This document shows positions 60,769 through 64,000 of a stretch of 64,000 bases of DNA, piece by piece. Source of the stretch: Squalus acanthias (taxonomy: Eukaryota). The notes under the pieces were generated by a model, which was given only the letters and a program-made list of their open reading frames with translations, searched no databases and was not told where the DNA came from. A program made the translations under genes and the position numbers. Position 1 is the stretch's first letter, and each line of letters opens with the position of its first letter. Location of the stretch: positions 8,308,001-8,372,000 of the forward strand of contig CM059443.1 of NCBI GenBank assembly GCA_030390025.1, read 5' to 3'.

Positions 60769-61583
60769 GAGCATTTGTTATTTTGTTGGAAGTAGAACAT
60801 TGCCAAATGACAAAGCTTGTGGAGTTGGGGAAGGTGCTCGGTGAATGGCCTGTGTTCCCCTCGTGCGGCTGGAGTTTATTATTTTATTTTTGTGTCGGCC
60901 AATAGAGCCATCTGCTGCCCAAAGGAGCGGGCGTTCTTCCCCTTTAATGAAAAGAGAGAGCAAAGCGAGACATGTGGCTGTGGGGCTGTTGCTGATGTTT
61001 CACACCTTGGAGCTACAGCGAGCGAGAGAGAGAGAGAGAGAGAGACAGCCAGCTCCTGAAACCAGCCTCGCCGAGCTGACTGCAGCCCCCACAGTCTCTC
61101 CAAACTGCAGCCTGCTCAAGTCTGCGGAACATCGCATTTGGAGTTTGAGAGTTTCAACGGGAGACAGACAGGAGGCGAAGGGACGAAGGTTGATGCAAAA
61201 CCGTCACATCACTGCAAGCAGCAGCGAGCAGGTAACCAACTCTCAATCTCAGGACTATTATGGGCTTGTTTTAACACACACAAAAACAAATTCTTAATTA
61301 TTCGTTGCAATCTTTTGTATGCCTATTGTTGAAACTTTTTTTAAAAAAAATTATTAAATTGAAAGTTAAATTAGAGACTTACACTGATTTGGGAAATTGA
61401 TCTGGAATATATTTAATTGAGCAGTTTAATTTTTTTATTGTATTGGCACTGGGAGTTTATTTTCTATGTTCCCTGTGTTTTTATAAGCCGGTTGCTGGGA
61501 CCCCGCAGGTCGGTTTCGCCTGAAATTTAACACAATTTTTTTTTTTTGTTGGTCAGTTTCAAAGCGAATCTCCGGCGCCAGAA

Positions 61584-61919
61584 ATGGCCAAGTGGTTGAA
61601 GGATTACTTGAGTTTCGGGAGCCGCAGGGTCCCTCCTCAGCCTCCCAAGCCCGACTACAGCGAGAGCGAGATCCTCAAAGCCTACCGAGCCCAGAGGAAC
61701 CTGGACTTCGAGGATCCGTACGAGGAGTGCGAGAGCAGAGCCCGGGCGGCTTCGGAGGGCGAGCACCCGCCCGCAGCCTCCTCCCAGCACCAGAAACCAG
61801 CCTCCCCGGACATCAAGTACGTGTCTCCCAAGCACCGGCTCATCAAAGTGGACAGCACCGACCTGGGGAGCCGGGCAAAGATACTGGGCAGCGAGGAGGC
61901 GAAAGGCAAGCCCGAGACT
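61584..61919 (+). CDS. SHD: SH2 domain-containing adapter protein D, first conserved coding exon (gene continues beyond window)
   Basis: MAKWLKDYLSFGSRRVPPQPPKPDYSESEILKAYRAQRNLDFEDPYE...YVSPKHRLIKVD|gtgagt; matches the SHD N-terminus; SHD follows YJU2 in human. Confidence 0.92.
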
Positions 61920-62003
61920 GTGAGTACCAGCGAGACCCCATTGCACTTATTTCAAGCTCCCCTGCTACTGTTACTTGAGGGATGTGTGTGTGTGTGTGTG
62001 TGT

Positions 62004-62395
62004 CTCAGCTGTGGCTCAGTTGGTAGCACTCTGAGTCAGAAGGTTGTGGGTTCAAGTCCCACTCCAGAGACTTGAGCACAAAATCTAGGCTGACACTCCA
62101 GTGCAGTGCTGAGGGAGCGCTGCACTGTCGGAGGTGCCGTCTTTCGGATGAGACATTAAAGCGAGGCCCCGTCTGCCCTCTCAGGTGGACGTAAATGATC
62201 CCACGGCACTATTTCGAAGAAGAGCAGGGGCGTTATCCCAGTGTCCTGGACAATAGTTATCCCTCAATCAACATCTATAACCGATTAGCTGGTCATTAAC
62301 ACATTGCTGTGTGGGAGCTTGCTGTGCGCAAATTGGCTGTAAAACACTTTGGGACGTCCAGTGGTCGCGAAAGGTGCTATATAAATGCAAGTCTT
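62004..62395 (+). mobile_element. DeuSINE
   Basis: Head, Deu core and tail after a (TG)n tract. Confidence 0.85.
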
Positions 62396-62582
62396 TCTTT
62401 CTGGACAATGCCGACAACACATGGTTAATAATTATGGTCTGGGGGGGGTGGTGGGGGTTGGATGTTCTCAGCCCTCGTCAGTGGTGAGGCGCTTGCGAAT
62501 TGGGCTCCACCTGATGAGTTAGTGAGAGGCTGATCCACACCAAGCAGGAAGGTCCCGCGTTAAGTGTGTCACCCTAATCAAC

Positions 62583-63399
62583 GCCTCTCTCCCCCACAAC
62601 CCCCTGCCTCTCTCTCCCCCTGCCCGCCTCCTCTCTCTCTCCCCCTGCCCGCCTCCTCTCTCTCTCCCCTGCCCGCCTCCTCTCTCTCCTCCCCCTGCCC
62701 GCCTCCTCTCTCTCTCCCCCTGCCCGCCTCCTCTCTCTCTCCCCCTGCCCGCCTCCTCTCTCTCTCCCCCTGCCCGCCTCCTCTCTCTCCCCCTGCCCGC
62801 CTCCTCTCTCTCCTCCCCCTGCCCGCCTCCTCTCTCTCTCCCCCTGCCCGCCTCCTCTCTCTCTCCCCCTGCCCGCCTCCTCTCTCTCCCCCCCTGCCCG
62901 CCTCCTCTCTCTCCCCCTGCCCGCCTCCTCTCTCTCCTCCCCCTGCCCGCCTCCTCTCTCTCTCCCCCTGCCCGCCTCCTCTCTCTCTCCCCCTGCCCGC
63001 CTCCTCTCTCTCTCCCTCCTGCCCGCCTCCTCTCTCTCTCTCCCCCTGGCCCCGCCTCCTCTCTCTCTCCCCCTGCCCGCCTCCTCTCTCTCCCCCCCGC
63101 CTCCTCTCTCTCTCCCCCTGGCCCCGCCTCCTCTCTCTCTCCCCCTGCCCGCCTCCTCTCTCTCTCCCCCTGCCCGCCTCCTCTCTCTCCACCCCCGCCC
63201 GCCTCCTCTCTCTCCTCCCCCTGCCCGCCTCCTCTCTCTCCTCCCCCTGCCCGCCTCCTCTCTCTCTCCCCCTGCCCGCCTCCTCTCTCTCTCCCCCTGC
63301 CCGCCTCCTCTCTCTCCCCTCCGCCTCCTCTCTCTCCCCCCTGCCCGCCTCTCTCTCTCTCTCTCTCCCTGCCTGCCTCTCTCTCCTCCCCCCTGCCCG

Positions 63400-63435
<36 letters not shown>

Positions 63436-63466
63436 CCCCCTGCCCGCCTCTCTTCTCCCCCCTGCC

Positions 63467-63511
<45 letters not shown>

Positions 63512-63620
63512 TCCCACTGCCAGCCTCCCCTCTCTCTCCCCCCCCCGCCTCCTCGCACTCTCCCTCCTCTCTCACTCTTTCTCCACCCCCCCCCCCCCGC
63601 ACACTCTCCTCTCTCCTCCC
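62583..63620 (+). repeat. Polypyrimidine minisatellite, about 25-bp unit CCCCCTGCCCGCCTCCTCTCTCTCT, grading into (CT)n
   Basis: About 1 kb of tandem units, almost free of A on the + strand. Confidence 0.95.
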
Positions 63621-64000
63621 TGCACCCACTCCCTCACCACCCTCTGTGCCCATCTATGTACCAGGTATACTGATCTCAGCCAGGGCGATGGTAAGGACCC
63701 ATTGCAATTGGCTTCAGGACCCCTGGCTTCAGGAGATGAAAACCGGCTAGCGTTTTTGCTGCCGATTGGGACCCTACCAGGAGGGATGTGGCAGTCAGAC
63801 AGGGTAATACTTGATTCGACTCTTGGGTGGGGTGCTGAGGAGCACAAATAGAACTTGCCCCCCCCCCCCCCCCGCAAAAGAGGACTCAGTGGATTCAAGG
63901 GGCACGGGGAGGAAAAGCAGGACGAACGCTTTTAAAACTAGGCGGCTTCAGGTGGTCTAAGTTATGAGAGTTTTATAACTAAAGCCCTAAGATTACATTA

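Noticed and set aside
62519-63673. Four long ORFs of 326-369 aa (G/E/R-rich or P/L/S-rich)
   Set aside because: They are translations of the stop-free CT-rich minisatellite, not proteins

Overview
Vertebrate genomic DNA, almost certainly an elasmobranch (shark/ray), judging from HE1-type V-SINE, DeuSINE (SacSINE1-like), CR1/L2 and Penelope content. Three host genes: (i) the 5' end of a cathepsin L/K/S-type papain protease on the minus strand (TATA, non-coding exon, two coding exons; the rest lies left of the window); (ii) a complete 8-exon YJU2/CCDC94 (26720-47401, +, 343 aa as spliced here, with a GC-AG intron 3); (iii) the first coding exon of SHD (61584-61919, +), which keeps the YJU2-SHD order of human 19p13.3. 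The rest is dense with transposons. The most notable non-host structures are: a run of three PIF/Harbinger elements (15.3-26.45 kb), the last with an uninterrupted 382-aa transposase ORF whose third catalytic residue is E->A and which lies head-to-head with the YJU2 CpG promoter; five insertions of one Penelope-like family carrying minimal hammerhead ribozymes, three of them fold-back palindromes, two of which have no coding sequence and sit in YJU2 intron 3; a second hammerhead-bearing family; and a telomere-like 31-bp minisatellite split by a 3-kb CR1. All calls come from reading the sequence by eye and from recalled family motifs; no searches were run, and repeat boundaries are approximate.
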